From assembly GCA_965200245.1 (NCBI GenBank), contig CBDATS010000004.1, forward strand, positions 448,001 through 512,000: a stretch of 64,000 bases of DNA. The letters are read 5' to 3'. The notes beneath the pieces were generated by a model, which did not search any database, was not told where the DNA came from, and saw only the letters and a program-made list of their open reading frames with translations. Numbering within the stretch: the stretch's first letter is position 1; each line of letters opens with the position of its first letter. This document shows, in pieces, positions 12,530 to 22,641 of this stretch. Origin of the DNA: a bacterium (GTDB lineage Bacteria; UBA8248). The position numbers and the translations under genes are program-made.

Positions 12530-13267
12530 ATGGACAGAAGCATCTGGGCGACCTGGTACGACCTGCCGAAAGAAGACGAGACCGAATACAACGACTGGCT
12601 CCACCACATCCACATCAAGGACGCGCTCAAGCGCCCCGGCTACATGTGGGCGGCGCACTACGAACTCGTGGACAGGGAATCACCCAAATCCAAGAAAAAA
12701 GATCATCTCGCCTACACGGACGATCCCTCCATCCCCAACGGAACGGAGTTTCTGCTGCTCTTCGGAGGAGCGAGCGCGGAGGTTTTCCTGAGCCCCAACC
12801 CCGCACAGCTTGAGGAATTCTACTCCGATGAGACGAAGACGATGCTTGGCAAAAGAATCGGCGAGCGTACGGGCATCTTCACCGAAGTGGACAGGGTGAA
12901 CGGTCCTGACGCCGCCACGCGTGCTCTGGGCGGCGTGCCCGCGCCTGTCATCCAGATGGGGACATTCAACTGTTTCACGCCCGAGGATGACTTTGACCTG
13001 AGTTCGTGGTACGCGCAGGATCGCCTGCCCGCGATGAAGTACATGCGCGGCTGTGTGGGCACGCGCAAGCTGGTCTCGGTGGCAGGATGGGCGAAACACT
13101 CCATCTTCTATGAGTTCTCCTCGTTGGAGAAAGTTCTCGAACACTTCCCGCGTGCGGACAGGCTCTTCCCGGGAGAGAACGACTGGTCGTACCACGTATG
13201 CCAGCGCCTGCTTCACACGCCCGGCTCGCCCACGCGCGGCAAGCGCATCTGGCCCCCCGTAGAATGA
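12530..13267 (+). CDS. Hypothetical protein with a duplicated EthD/DUF4286-like dimeric alpha-beta barrel
   Basis: Two repeats of the pattern 'E.eyn.W....H....l..pG...a' (ETEYNDWLHHIHIKDALKRPG; DFDLSSWYAQDRLPAMKYMRG). GGGAGA RBS. Confidence 0.65.
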   Translation: MDRSIWATWYDLPKEDETEYNDWLHHIHIKDALKRPGYMWAAHYELVDRESPKSKKKDHLAYTDDPSIPNGTEFLLLFGGASAEVFLSPNPAQLEEFYSDETKTMLGKRIGERTGIFTEVDRVNGPDAATRALGGVPAPVIQMGTFNCFTPEDDFDLSSWYAQDRLPAMKYMRGCVGTRKLVSVAGWAKHSIFYEFSSLEKVLEHFPRADRLFPGENDWSYHVCQRLLHTPGSPTRGKRIWPPVE

Positions 13268-13282
13268 GCAAGGTGGCCAAGA

Positions 13283-13966
13283 ATGAGTTACATGAAACCG
13301 ATACGGGTCGAGGAGGCGGAAGGCGAGGCCGCGAAACTCTTCGCGGGCGTGACGAAGATGCTTGGTCGGGTGGCGAATTCCTTCGCCGTCATGGCCTATC
13401 AGCCCTATGTCGCCAAGGTCATCCTGCCGCTCACGGTGACACTCATGCGCGAGGGACTGGGCACGGTGCTTCCCACCAGGATCAAGGAAATCGCCGTTAT
13501 CAAGACGAGTCACCTGAACGGGTGCGAGTACTGACTCGGACACAACACGGCGCTCGGTCGAGACGCCGGAGTCACCGAGGAACAGGTACACGAAATCTGC
13601 TCGGACGCCTATCTGGACTCCCCAACGATGAGCGCACGTGAGAAGGCCGCCGTCCTGTGGGCGGAGCACGTAACGCGCAACACCGCCAAGACGCGCGACG
13701 ATGTGTTCGAGGAGGTGCGGCGCCACTTCGATGACCGGGAATTCGTCGAACTCACGATGGTCATAACCTACTTCAACATGAGAAACCGCTTTCAGGATGC
13801 CCTGCGCATTCCGCTGGATGAACCGAAAACGATCTCGGACATCACCATAGGGCACAGGCAGGACCCCGAGAACCTCAAAAACTATCTCGCAGGGGTCGTG
13901 GCGACGTGGCCCGAGAGTTTCCCGGGCCCTGCTGCGGAGAATGAACCTGGGGAGCAACGCGAATGA
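13283..13966 (+). CDS. AhpD/CMD-like selenoprotein (CxxU, Sec at codon 84)
   Basis: Track ORFs 13283-13534 and 13628-13966 are in the same frame, separated by one TGA (13532-13534). Read-through gives KEIAVIKTSHLNGCEY-U-LGHNTALGRDAGVTEEQV...SAREKAAVLWAEHVT...EFVELT...NMRNRF, a complete 227-aa AhpD-like protein. Confidence 0.88.
13532..13574 (+). promoter_or_regulatory. Bacterial SECIS-like hairpin
   Basis: TGACTC pairs with GAGTCA (13569-74). Upper stem CGGCG-CTC/GAG-A-CGCCG with apical loop GGTC (13556-59) starting 21 nt after the UGA. Confidence 0.75.
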
Positions 13967-14406
13967 CCGAAAAACCCGATTTCGTCTGGGAAAATCTCAA
14001 GGTCGATATGACGGTCGGCGAGCGGAGCCTTACGGTGACACAGGAGATGGTGGACACGCACTGCGATGCCGTGGGTGCGGAGCGGGAGTGGTACAAGGGA
14101 GATTCCCCCGCGGGCGGGCCCATCGCGCCGCCTATGATCTTCATCAACGACCTGCTCGCCATTTATGATGAGAACTACAAGCGCTTCGGAACTATCCATG
14201 CAAAGCTTGGCTACCGCTTCCACAAACCCGTGCGAGTTGGCGAGACGGTGCATCAAAAAGTCACGGTGAAGGACCTCTACGTGAAGCGTGAGAAGGGCTG
14301 GATTGTGAGCGAACTCGCCGTTACGAACGAGGCGGGAGAGTTGTTGCTCACCTCTTCTCATACTTCCGTCTTGAGTCTCACGAGAAAGCATGGAGAAAAC
14401 GACTGA
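13963..14406 (+). CDS. MaoC-like hot-dog protein (probable non-catalytic partner subunit)
   Basis: Y...SPAGGPIAPP, GTIHAKLGYRFHKPVRVGE, NEAGELL. ATGA overlap with the selenoprotein stop. Lacks D-x4-H. Confidence 0.8.
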   Translation: MTEKPDFVWENLKVDMTVGERSLTVTQEMVDTHCDAVGAEREWYKGDSPAGGPIAPPMIFINDLLAIYDENYKRFGTIHAKLGYRFHKPVRVGETVHQKVTVKDLYVKREKGWIVSELAVTNEAGELLLTSSHTSVLSLTRKHGEND

Positions 14407-14830
14407 TATGCTGCCTGAAAACCTGAATGTAGGCGACGCCCTTCCCGAACGGACATACAAGGTGGATTGGGAGGATATTCTCAGATTCAACTGCTACGTC
14501 ACAGGTGGCGTGGACACCAAAAATATCCACACTGACGATGAGGTAGCGCGCAAAGCGGGTCTTCCCCGCGCGGTGGCGACGGGCCGCCACCCGGTCTCGT
14601 TCATCACAGAAACCATGGTCGATTATCTGGGGATGGGCTTCATCCTGTATGGTGAGGTGGAGGTTTCCTTTATCAAGCCGATATTCCCGGGCGACGTTCT
14701 GACACTTTCGGCGAGGCTGAAACAAAAAACGCCTGACACGGACGCAACGCACTATCTGTTCGACGTTTCGCTCACGAACCAGGATGACACAGCCGTAACT
14801 ATCGGCACTGCAGGCGGCCGTCTGGGCTGA
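14390..14830 (+). CDS. MaoC family (R)-enoyl-CoA hydratase/dehydratase
   Basis: DTKNIHTDDEVARKAGLPRAVATG (D-x4-H hydratase-2 motif), FIKPIFPGDVL, NQD. Alternative start at 14408. Confidence 0.85.
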   Translation: MEKTTDMLPENLNVGDALPERTYKVDWEDILRFNCYVTGGVDTKNIHTDDEVARKAGLPRAVATGRHPVSFITETMVDYLGMGFILYGEVEVSFIKPIFPGDVLTLSARLKQKTPDTDATHYLFDVSLTNQDDTAVTIGTAGGRLG

Positions 14831-14840
14831 TATTCGATTC

Positions 14841-16951
14841 ATGTACACGAACGAAAGCCTCAAGAGTCTCTTTCATCCCGAATCTTTCGCAGTGGTGGGC
14901 GCGGCCTCGGACCCGAACCGTCTGGGTGGTATCCCCTTGAGGCTTACGATGCGCTACGGTTTTCCCGGCCCCATCTATCCCATCAACCCGAGGCGTGAGG
15001 AGATCGCGGGCCTTAAGTGCTACCCCGAGATCGCCTCCCTGCCTGAAACGCCCGAGTTCGCGTTGATCTGCACCCCGCGAGAAGACGTGCTGCCCGCCCT
15101 CGCACAGTGCGCGGAACGCGGCGTCAAGGCCGCCGTCGTCATCACTTCGGGTTTTGCGGAAACAGGTGCGGAAGGCGTGGCGCTTCAGGAAAAGATACTG
15201 GAACTCCGCGATACGTCCGGCATGCGCGTGCTCGGTCCCAACTGCATGGGTGTTGTGCACGTGCGTTCGAGGCTCATGGCCACGTTCACGATATCCATCC
15301 GCGACGACGACCCCCTCATACCGGGAGCGGTGGCCATCGTCACCCAGAGCGGGGCGATGGGGGCGTGCATGCTCACGGGCTTTCAGGAGAGCGGCTCAGG
15401 CATCAGCAGCCTCGTGAGCCTCGGCAACGAGGTGGACGTTGATTTTGCCGAATGTGTCGAATACTTCATCGACGATCCGCACACGCGCGTCATCTGCGGA
15501 TATCTGGAATCGGTGCGAGACGGCGAACGGCTGCAGCGCGCTGCCCTGCGCGCAATGGAGTGTGGAAAACCCATCGTGCTACTCAAAGGGGGAAAACCGA
15601 GGAGGGCGCACGCGCCGCGCGCAGCCACACCGCTGCCATCACGAGTTCGAGCGACGTTTTCGACGCTTTCGCCGCACAATACGGGATTCAGGTGCTGGAT
15701 TCGATGGACGAATTCATCGAGATAGCGGATTTCCTCGCGCGCACGAGACCGATTCGGGGAAACGGGGTGGGAATCCTGAGCTTTTCGGGCGGGCTCGGCG
15801 CGCTCGCGGCGGACCTGTCGACCGAGGCAGGCTTTACGCTTCCCATTCTTGCGGAAGGTACACAAGAAAAACTCGCGGGCGTCCTGCCCGATTACGCTCC
15901 CAAGGACAACCCCGTCGACCTCGTATCCCTTATGGTCAGCAAGCCCGAGAGCCAACCGCTCAAGACGGCGGGCGAAGCTGTGGCGGGGGACAAGAACGTG
16001 GACGCCCTGCTATTCCTCATGGGCGTCTACCACCACGTAGGAGAGCAGATAGCACAGGAAGTCAAGGCGCTGTTCAACACCTCGCCTGTGCCCCTCGCAT
16101 TCGCCTGGCTCACCGGTCCGCGAGATCGGATAGAGGCACTCAGGAAAGACTCCGTCCCCGTCTTCGGTGATTACGCAAGGGCAATTCGAGCACTGGAATC
16201 CCTTTTATTTCTCAAAAACGCTCGTGAGGCGTCCTCCTGCCGGTTCCGCGCTATCGCCTCGGCGCGCGCCGAGGCGGCGAGGCTGATCATACATGAAGCC
16301 CCCCGGTCCCCCGATGGTTTTTTGCCGCCGGAAGCTTGCGCCCGGATCCTCGATCTCTACGGCGTCCCAAGACCCAAGGAGGCGCTCGTGGGCACGGCGG
16401 AAGAAGCGCTCAAGGCGTGGAAGGAAATTCAGGCGCCCGTTGCACTCAAGGTCATATCGGATAACCTCTCGCACAAGACCGAAGCGGGTGGTGTGCTCTT
16501 GAACCTCGATACGCCCGACGAAGTCCTCGCCTGCGCCGAGCGGCTGCTCTCGCTCGCTGATGACGCACGCCTTCTCGTGCAGGAAATGATAGAAGGGGGC
16601 ATCGAACTCCTCGTCGGCACATCGCAAGACCCGACATTCGGCCCGTGCGTGACAGCGGGGCTGGGCGGGGTGTACGTGGAAGCACTGAACGACGTGGCCC
16701 GTCTGTTGCCACCCTTCAGTGCCAGGGAGGCCGAAAGCACGCTCTCGAGCCTCCGCTCGCGCGTCATACTGGAGGGTTTCCGAGGCGGGCCAACCATTCA
16801 AATCCCGCACATATCCGATATAATGGTCAGAATTTCGGAATTGGCGACAGAACTCGGAAACGAACTCGCCGAGATGGACTTGAACCCGCTCATCGCCACG
16901 GCGGAAGGCTGCATCGCCGCGGACGTTCGGATAAAGATCAACTCCCAGTGA
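14841..16951 (+). CDS. ADP-forming acyl-CoA synthetase (acetate-CoA ligase family), frameshifted at ~15590-15596
   Basis: First frame has CoA-binding (AVVGAS, YPINP, GPNCMG, TQSGA, SLGNEVD). The -1 frame continues GKTEEGARAARSHTA (phospho-His) and the ATP-grasp domain (PVALK, HKTEAGGV, DPTFGP, EMDLNP). Confidence 0.85.
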
Positions 16952-16961
16952 GAGGATGCGC

Positions 16962-17396
16962 ATGAGCACGAGAATCACACCTGCAATTCGCGCCTTGGTG
17001 GGGCGAAAGCATGGCCCCTACCGCGTAAGGGTCGAGCAGGGGGCCATCGAGAAATTCGCGGACGCGGTCGGCGATGACAACCCCGCCTACCGGGGAGTCG
17101 GTGCGATTGCACCGCCGACGTTTCCCACCACCTTCCGGCCCATGGACGCCTATCCCGACTTGCCACCTGAATTCGGTGACGTGGGGCTTCACGCCTCCCA
17201 GGTTTACGAGGTAGAGCGGCCCATCCGCGCAGGAGATGAGCTGGACATTTCCTTCACCATCGTGGACATCACCGAAAAATCGGGCCGCACGGGCGACCTC
17301 GTCTTCGTCGAGCGTGAATACGAGTTCCTGGACGCGCGCGACGGCTCACGCGTGGGCGGGGGCAAGTGGGTTTCGCTCCGGCGATTCAGAAACTGA
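16962..17396 (+). CDS. MaoC dehydratase N-terminal-type (HadA/FAS1-like) hot-dog subunit
   Basis: VEQGAIEKFADAVGDDNPAY, IAPPTF, LHASQVYEVERPIRAGD, KSGRTGDLVFV. Confidence 0.85.
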   Translation: MSTRITPAIRALVGRKHGPYRVRVEQGAIEKFADAVGDDNPAYRGVGAIAPPTFPTTFRPMDAYPDLPPEFGDVGLHASQVYEVERPIRAGDELDISFTIVDITEKSGRTGDLVFVEREYEFLDARDGSRVGGGKWVSLRRFRN

Positions 17397-17406
17397 AGGA
17401 GATGCC

Positions 17407-17808
17407 ATGAAATACAAGCAGGGCGACATGCTCCCCGAACTCGTGAAGGAACCCGTATCCCGGACGCAGCTTGTGAAATACGCGGGGGCAAGCGGTGATT
17501 TCAATCCCATCCACTATGACGACGAGGCCGCGCGGGCGGGCGGGCTGGAGGGCATTATCGCCCACGGGATGCTTTCGATGGGCTTTCTGGGGCAATTTGT
17601 CGAAACCGCTTTCGGCGCGGGCAACTACAAAAGGCTTGAGGTGCGCTTTCAGGGCATGGTGAAACTGGGCGAGATCATCACCTGCCGGGGCGTCGTGACC
17701 GATATTGCGGAAGAGAACGGCCAAGAATACGCCACCTGCGATATCAAGGCGGTCGACGCAGGAGGCCGTGTCGTCACAAAAGGCGAGGCGCAGGCCTGGC
17801 TGGACTGA
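17407..17808 (+). CDS. MaoC family dehydratase (HadB-like catalytic subunit)
   Basis: LVKYAGASGDFNPIHYD...AGGLEGIIAHGML, canonical hydratase-2 motif. AAGGAG RBS. Confidence 0.9.
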   Translation: MKYKQGDMLPELVKEPVSRTQLVKYAGASGDFNPIHYDDEAARAGGLEGIIAHGMLSMGFLGQFVETAFGAGNYKRLEVRFQGMVKLGEIITCRGVVTDIAEENGQEYATCDIKAVDAGGRVVTKGEAQAWLD

Positions 17809-17856
17809 GCCCATACAACAGCAATTGAATCCATAGAACAGAAAGCGAGGAATTCC

Positions 17857-18600
17857 ATGAGACTGAAAGACAAGAACGCCCTCGTCACCGGAGCCGCGCA
17901 GGGCATCGGACGCTCGGTCTGCCAGCGCTTCGCGGAAGAAGGCGCCAGGGTACTCGTCGTCGACATGAACGAGGAAGGCGGGGAAGAGACGGTGCGCCTG
18001 ATCCGGGATGCGGGCGGCGAGGCGCTATTCCACAAGGCCGACGTGAGCAGCCTTGCGGAAGTCGAGGGTGCGCTCAATGCTTCAGAAGCCGCGCACGGAC
18101 CGATTCACGTCATGGTGAACAACGCAGGCATCGTCCGCGCGGCCATGCTCCACAAGATGAGCGAAGCGCAGTGGGACGAGGTGATCGCCGTGCATCTCAA
18201 GGGCACGTGGACGGGCATCCACGCGGCGGCCAAGCGCATGATTCCCCGCAAGGAAGGCCGCATTATCAACGTTACTTCCGGCGCGGGGCTTCGCGGGACT
18301 ATCGGGCAGATCAACTATTCCTCCGCCAAGATGGGAATCGTCGGTGCAACGCAGAGCGCGGCACGTGAACTTGGCCGCTACAACATCACCGTAAACTGCG
18401 TCTCGCCCGCAGCCATTACTCCCATGACCGAGACGATTCGCACCGATGAACGCTTTGAATCGAAGTATCTCGAGCGCATTTGCCTGGGCCGATGGGGCGA
18501 GCCCGAGGAAATGGCTGCGGGGTTCGTCTTTCTGGCGTCTGATGAGGCGAGCTACGTGACAGGTATTGTGCTCCGAATCGACGGCGGGTTGGGGATGTAG
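17857..18600 (+). CDS. Short-chain dehydrogenase/reductase (FabG-like 3-oxoacyl reductase)
   Basis: TGAAQGIG, NNAGI, YSSAK catalytic motif, IDGG. Confidence 0.92.
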   Translation: MRLKDKNALVTGAAQGIGRSVCQRFAEEGARVLVVDMNEEGGEETVRLIRDAGGEALFHKADVSSLAEVEGALNASEAAHGPIHVMVNNAGIVRAAMLHKMSEAQWDEVIAVHLKGTWTGIHAAAKRMIPRKEGRIINVTSGAGLRGTIGQINYSSAKMGIVGATQSAARELGRYNITVNCVSPAAITPMTETIRTDERFESKYLERICLGRWGEPEEMAAGFVFLASDEASYVTGIVLRIDGGLGM

Positions 18601-18754
18601 ATAGCGGGCAAACCTGCCCTGAGAAGGAACAACTACGGGATCAGGACAAACCCAAAGGATTGTACCTACAGTTAGGGCCGTGCGTGAACGATCCCCGCAA
18701 GACCAATAAGCCTCGATTCCGGCATTCGCTGGAATGATGTCGTCTGATTCTCCT

Positions 18755-20146
18755 TCACTCTCTCGGGCCGATCATGTTCTCGGGTTTGACAGCGGCATCA
18801 AATTCCTCACCCGTCAAGAGGTTGAGCGTAATGGCCGCGTCGCGTAGCGTGCCGCCTTCTGCGAACGCTTTCTTCGCGACCCTAGCTGCGTTGTCGTAGC
18901 CGATGACAGGGTTCAGCGCCGTCACGAGCATGAGCGAGTTCTGGAGATACCCCTCTATCGCGGGTCGGTTCGGTTCGATTCCCATCGCGCAGTGTTCGTT
19001 GAACGAATCGCACGCATCGGCGATCAGGCGCACGGAATTCAGCAGGTTGAAGATCATGACGGGCTTGAAGACGTTGAGTTCGAAATGTCCCGTTGCGCCG
19101 CCCATATTCACTGCCACGTCGTTGCCCATCACCTGGGCGCACACCATCGTCATCGCCTCACTCTGGGTGGGGTTCACCTTTCCGGGCATGATGGAGCTTC
19201 CCGGCTCGTTCTCGGGAATGAGAAGTTCGCCCACACCGCACCTCGGGCCCGAGGCCAGCATGCGGATGTCGTTCGCTATCTTCATCAACGACGCCGCCAG
19301 GGTTTTCATCGCCCCGCTCGCGAATACGACCGCATCGTGCGCAGCCAAGGCCTCGAACTTGTTGGGCGCACTCCGGAAGGGTAACCCGGTCATCTCGGCG
19401 ATTCTGGCAGCAGCCTTCTCTGCAAAGTCGGGGTGCGTATTGAGACCGGTTCCCACCGCCGTGCCACCCAGGGCCAGCTCATAAATGCCGTCGAGCGACA
19501 TCCTGACGCGCACGAGGCCGTTTTCCAATTGCTGCGCGTAGCCCGAGAATTCCTGGCCCAGCGTCAGGGGAACGGCGTCCATGAGATGTGTACGGCCGAT
19601 CTTGATGATCGAATCGAAGGCCTCGGCCTTCTGCGCCAGTGTTGTCTTGAGCGTCTCCACGGCGGAGATGAGTTTTTTCGTCATCTGCTCGCCCGCGGCG
19701 ATGTGCATCGCGGTCGGGAAGGTGTCGTTCGAGGACTGCGCCTTGTTCACGTCGTCGTTTGGGTGGACCGGGTCCTTGGAACCCATCACGCCACCCGCCA
19801 GTTCGATGGCGCGGTTGGCGATGACCTCATTCGCGTTCATGTTCGTCTGCGTACCGCTACCCGTCTGCCAGACGACGAGCGGGAAATGTTCGTCCAGATC
19901 GCCGGCAATCACCTCGTCCGCCACCCGGGCGATGAGCGCGGCCTTCCTGGAATCGAGGATTCCCAATTCCTCGTTCGTCGAGGCGGCGGCTTTCTTCAGA
20001 ATCCCCAGCGCGCGGATGATCTCGCGCGGGAAGCGGTCACCGCCGATCCGGAAGTGAAAGAGCGAACGCGCCGTCTGTGCGCCGTAGTATTTGTCCTCGG
20101 GCACCTCGATCTCGCCCATGCTGTCGGTTTCGATTCGATACGCCAT
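18755..20146 (-). CDS. fumC: Class II fumarate hydratase
   Basis: [42 protein letters not shown]. Confidence 0.97.
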   Translation of the reverse strand: MAYRIETDSMGEIEVPEDKYYGAQTARSLFHFRIGGDRFPREIIRALGILKKAAASTNEELGILDSRKAALIARVADEVIAGDLDEHFPLVVWQTGSGTQTNMNANEVIANRAIELAGGVMGSKDPVHPNDDVNKAQSSNDTFPTAMHIAAGEQMTKKLISAVETLKTTLAQKAEAFDSIIKIGRTHLMDAVPLTLGQEFSGYAQQLENGLVRVRMSLDGIYELALGGTAVGTGLNTHPDFAEKAAARIAEMTGLPFRSAPNKFEALAAHDAVVFASGAMKTLAASLMKIANDIRMLASGPRCGVGELLIPENEPGSSIMPGKVNPTQSEAMTMVCAQVMGNDVAVNMGGATGHFELNVFKPVMIFNLLNSVRLIADACDSFNEHCAMGIEPNRPAIEGYLQNSLMLVTALNPVIGYDNAARVAKKAFAEGGTLRDAAITLNLLTGEEFDAAVKPENMIGPRE

Positions 20147-20240
20147 GCTGCCTCCCGCGGATGCGTTGGAAATGTTCGGGGGTTTTATGATCTCATCGGC
20201 TCAGTCGCCGTTTAGCGTTGGCAAACCCTTGGCCCGTGCC

Positions 20241-21271
20241 TCACCAGGTGAGCACGATACGTCCCACCGGGTCGCCCGCGCGAAGAGCGGCCAGTGCGTC
20301 GTTGGCATCGGGCATCGGGGCTTCCTCTCGGTGATGACGGCGCGCACGCGGCCATCGTTCACAAGACTCGCGGCGTCGGCCACATCGCGCACCGTGTGGT
20401 TATGCGACGCGATGATCTGGATCCACTTGTACACAAGCTGCGCCGGATCGATTTCCACCTTCTGGCCGAAGGCATAGCCCAAGATGACGAGCCGCCCACC
20501 GGGCCGGAGCAGGTCGATGCACTGCTGAAGCACGGGAGGCACGGCGGCCCCGCCGACGATCTCAAGCGCAATGTCAGCCCCGAACCCGTTCGTAATGTCC
20601 ATCACGGTCTTGACCGGATCGGCTTCCATCGCGTTCACCGTCTCGAATGCGCCCAACTCGCGTGCCTTGGAAAGTTTTTCTTCCTTCACGTCCACGGCGA
20701 TGACGTTTGCCCCAAGGTGGCGGAGGATTTGAAGGGCGTGCAGCCCCAAGCCCCCGACCCCGAAGATGACGGCACACTCGCCGAGCTCGGGCTGTGCCAT
20801 GCGGATGGCGTGGAGCGGGGAGCCAAGCGTCCCGCCGATAAGGGAAGCGGCCGCCAGCGACACGTTGTCCCCAACCTTGGCGATATTCCGATCAGATACC
20901 GCGACCAGCTGGCCGAAACCGCCATCCAGCTCTATTCCCAGACGTCCGGGTGAGTTCAGGCACATCTCCTCATGGCCCGCGCGGCACATCCGGCAGCGCC
21001 CGCAGGTCTGTTTGCTCACGACGACCACGCGGTCGCCGGGGACAACGGACTCGACCTCATCGCCCACCTCCAGGACGACGCCTGAATTCTCATGGCCGAG
21101 CATCAAGGGAATGGGAGCGGTCCTGACGTTTCCGTCCACAATTTTCAGGTCCGTCGCGCAAAGACCGTTCGCCTTCGATTCGACGAGCACCTGGCACAGG
21201 CCGTTTTGGGGCTCGGGCACCTCCTCGTAGACGAGGGGTGCGCCGTATTGTTTGAGGATCATGGCCTTCAT
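20241..21271 (-). CDS. Zn-dependent alcohol dehydrogenase (MDR), frameshift near the 3' end (~20317-20320)
   Basis: GLCATD, GHE, CGRCRMC..C, GVGGLG. The typical C-terminus (DANDALAALRAGDPVGRIVLTW*) lies in another frame after a 4-nt G/C run and ends at 20241. Confidence 0.85.
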
Positions 21272-21439
21272 GGGCGGTTCCTCCATTTGCGTTGTTTACC
21301 GAGGCGAAACTGCGGCGATTCTAGCAGGCCAACCATGGGGGCGCCAAACAGGGAATGGTATCTCCGAGTCAGGCTCTGTGAATGCTGGATAATTTTTTGG
21401 CGCACATCTCCGATTGAGATAAGAACGCGGTCGTTTTCT

Positions 21440-22045
21440 GCCTCGTAGTTTTGGTCCAGTTTGCGTCTCCGGACATCCGTCTGTTGGCACTCCTCCACGA
21501 ACAGCCCTCCAAGAGGTCCGTCGTGCGCACAGTTCGATAATGATTGACCGTTGCCCTGAGGTGCGCGATGCAGGCTTCGAAGTCGTCGCGGGGGCAGGTG
21601 GCGGTGCCGGGCTGTTCAGACTCGCAGTCCCGGATGAATCCCTCGACCAGTTCCCGGCGCCCCATCAATGAACAGATAGTCGACCTCCTGCGCGCCCAAC
21701 TCCCGCAACGTGAACTCTTAGTCGTCTTCCCACAGACACGTACCGAGTTCCGAGAATTCCGTGTGCGAGAGCAGCATACGACCACTCTCGTCGTTGAAAA
21801 CGTCTTCGGACAATCCCGACGACGGCCGTTACAGCAGTCCTAGCCGAGCTTCGCTCCGTGCTCGTAGTGCTCCCGACCAAGAACGTCGCCACTCTCCACC
21901 TTCAACGCTTGTTCCACGATAAGCCGCGTGACTAGTTTCACAAGGTCAGTTCGCGCATCTGGACCCGACAGGCAATCTTCGCACAAGGCACCAAGGGCTT
22001 GGCATGTGTGCATAGACTCCTGTATTCTTTTCTACACGGTTTCGT
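21440..22045 (-). mobile_element. IS256-family transposase relic (internally deleted, multiple stops)
   Basis: Fragments RLIVEQALKVESGDVLGREHYEHG, EDVFNDESGRMLLSHTEFSELG, EVDYLFIDG and DDFEACIAHLR...VRTTDLLE resemble IS256 mutator transposase blocks. Confidence 0.7.
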
Positions 22046-22295
22046 GACACCTCTGCCGAGAATGCAAACCCCTTCATTATCCAGCAAGTTTAGGACTTGA
22101 AGGAAAGAAACTAAAGCCAAAACGACTTGCGGATCATGATGAATTGTTTCCGCCGGGAGCAGGAAATACAAGAAGCGAGGCAGTGGAATTTTACGCCGAC
22201 TTCATTGCATGGCAGGAAAAAACGGGGCAAAGCTGAAAATCACGTCGATTACTTATGAGAAACAGGTGGATTAAGTCAAATAGGAAAGTGATATA

Positions 22296-22446
22296 ATGAG
22301 CGCAGCCCCGACTCCCCGACTCCCCGACTCCCCGACTCCCCGACTCCCCGACTCCCCGACTCCCCGACTCTAGTAAACTAACCCCCAAAAAATATCGGGT
22401 TGTTTCTCTTTTCTTCGACATAAATACGCCTGAGAAAGGCGTATAG
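22296..22446 (+). pseudogene. Stub of a repeat-containing DNA cytosine-5 methyltransferase gene
   Basis: ATG, repeat, then SSKLTPKKYRVVSLF in a shifted frame, resembling the start of C5-MTase motif I. Truncated before SGxGG. Confidence 0.45.
22306..22369 (+). repeat. Perfect octamer tandem repeat (CCCCGACT)x8
   Basis: Eight exact copies counted, 10 nt after an ATG (22296) and just after TATAAT (22292). Confidence 0.97.
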
Positions 22447-22448
22447 AA

Positions 22449-22625
22449 ATGGCGAACGAGAGGAAGGCGGAAGCGATTGTCCGTAAATTGCTGCGTCAAA
22501 ACGGTTATATGGACGATGGAAACATCGCCATCGAAGAACAATCCTCTGACAATTCTGCAATCAACAATTTATTGAAAAAGGCATCCAGAAGCGGAACTGG
22601 ACAAGGGTATCCCACTTTATTGTAG
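22449..22625 (+). pseudogene. N-terminal stub of a BcgI-like type IIB R-M alpha subunit / N6-MTase
   Basis: MANERKAEAIVRKLLRQNGY...IEEQSSDNSAINNLLKKASRSGTGQGYP then stop, matching the recalled N-terminus of BcgIA-like proteins. Confidence 0.55.
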
Positions 22626-22641
22626 TTCTGGAGAGAGAATA

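Noticed and set aside
12680-13957. 425-aa minus-strand ORF spanning the selenoprotein
   Set aside because: Antisense to motif-bearing plus-strand genes; no recognisable domain or RBS.
18712-18742. REP-like palindrome (GATTCCGGCATTCGCTGGAATGA) between the SDR and fumC
   Set aside because: Single degenerate copy in the window; may only be a bidirectional terminator.
22306-22369. Possible CRISPR array
   Set aside because: Contiguous 8-bp units without spacers. No cas genes or repeat-spacer arrays were seen anywhere in the window.
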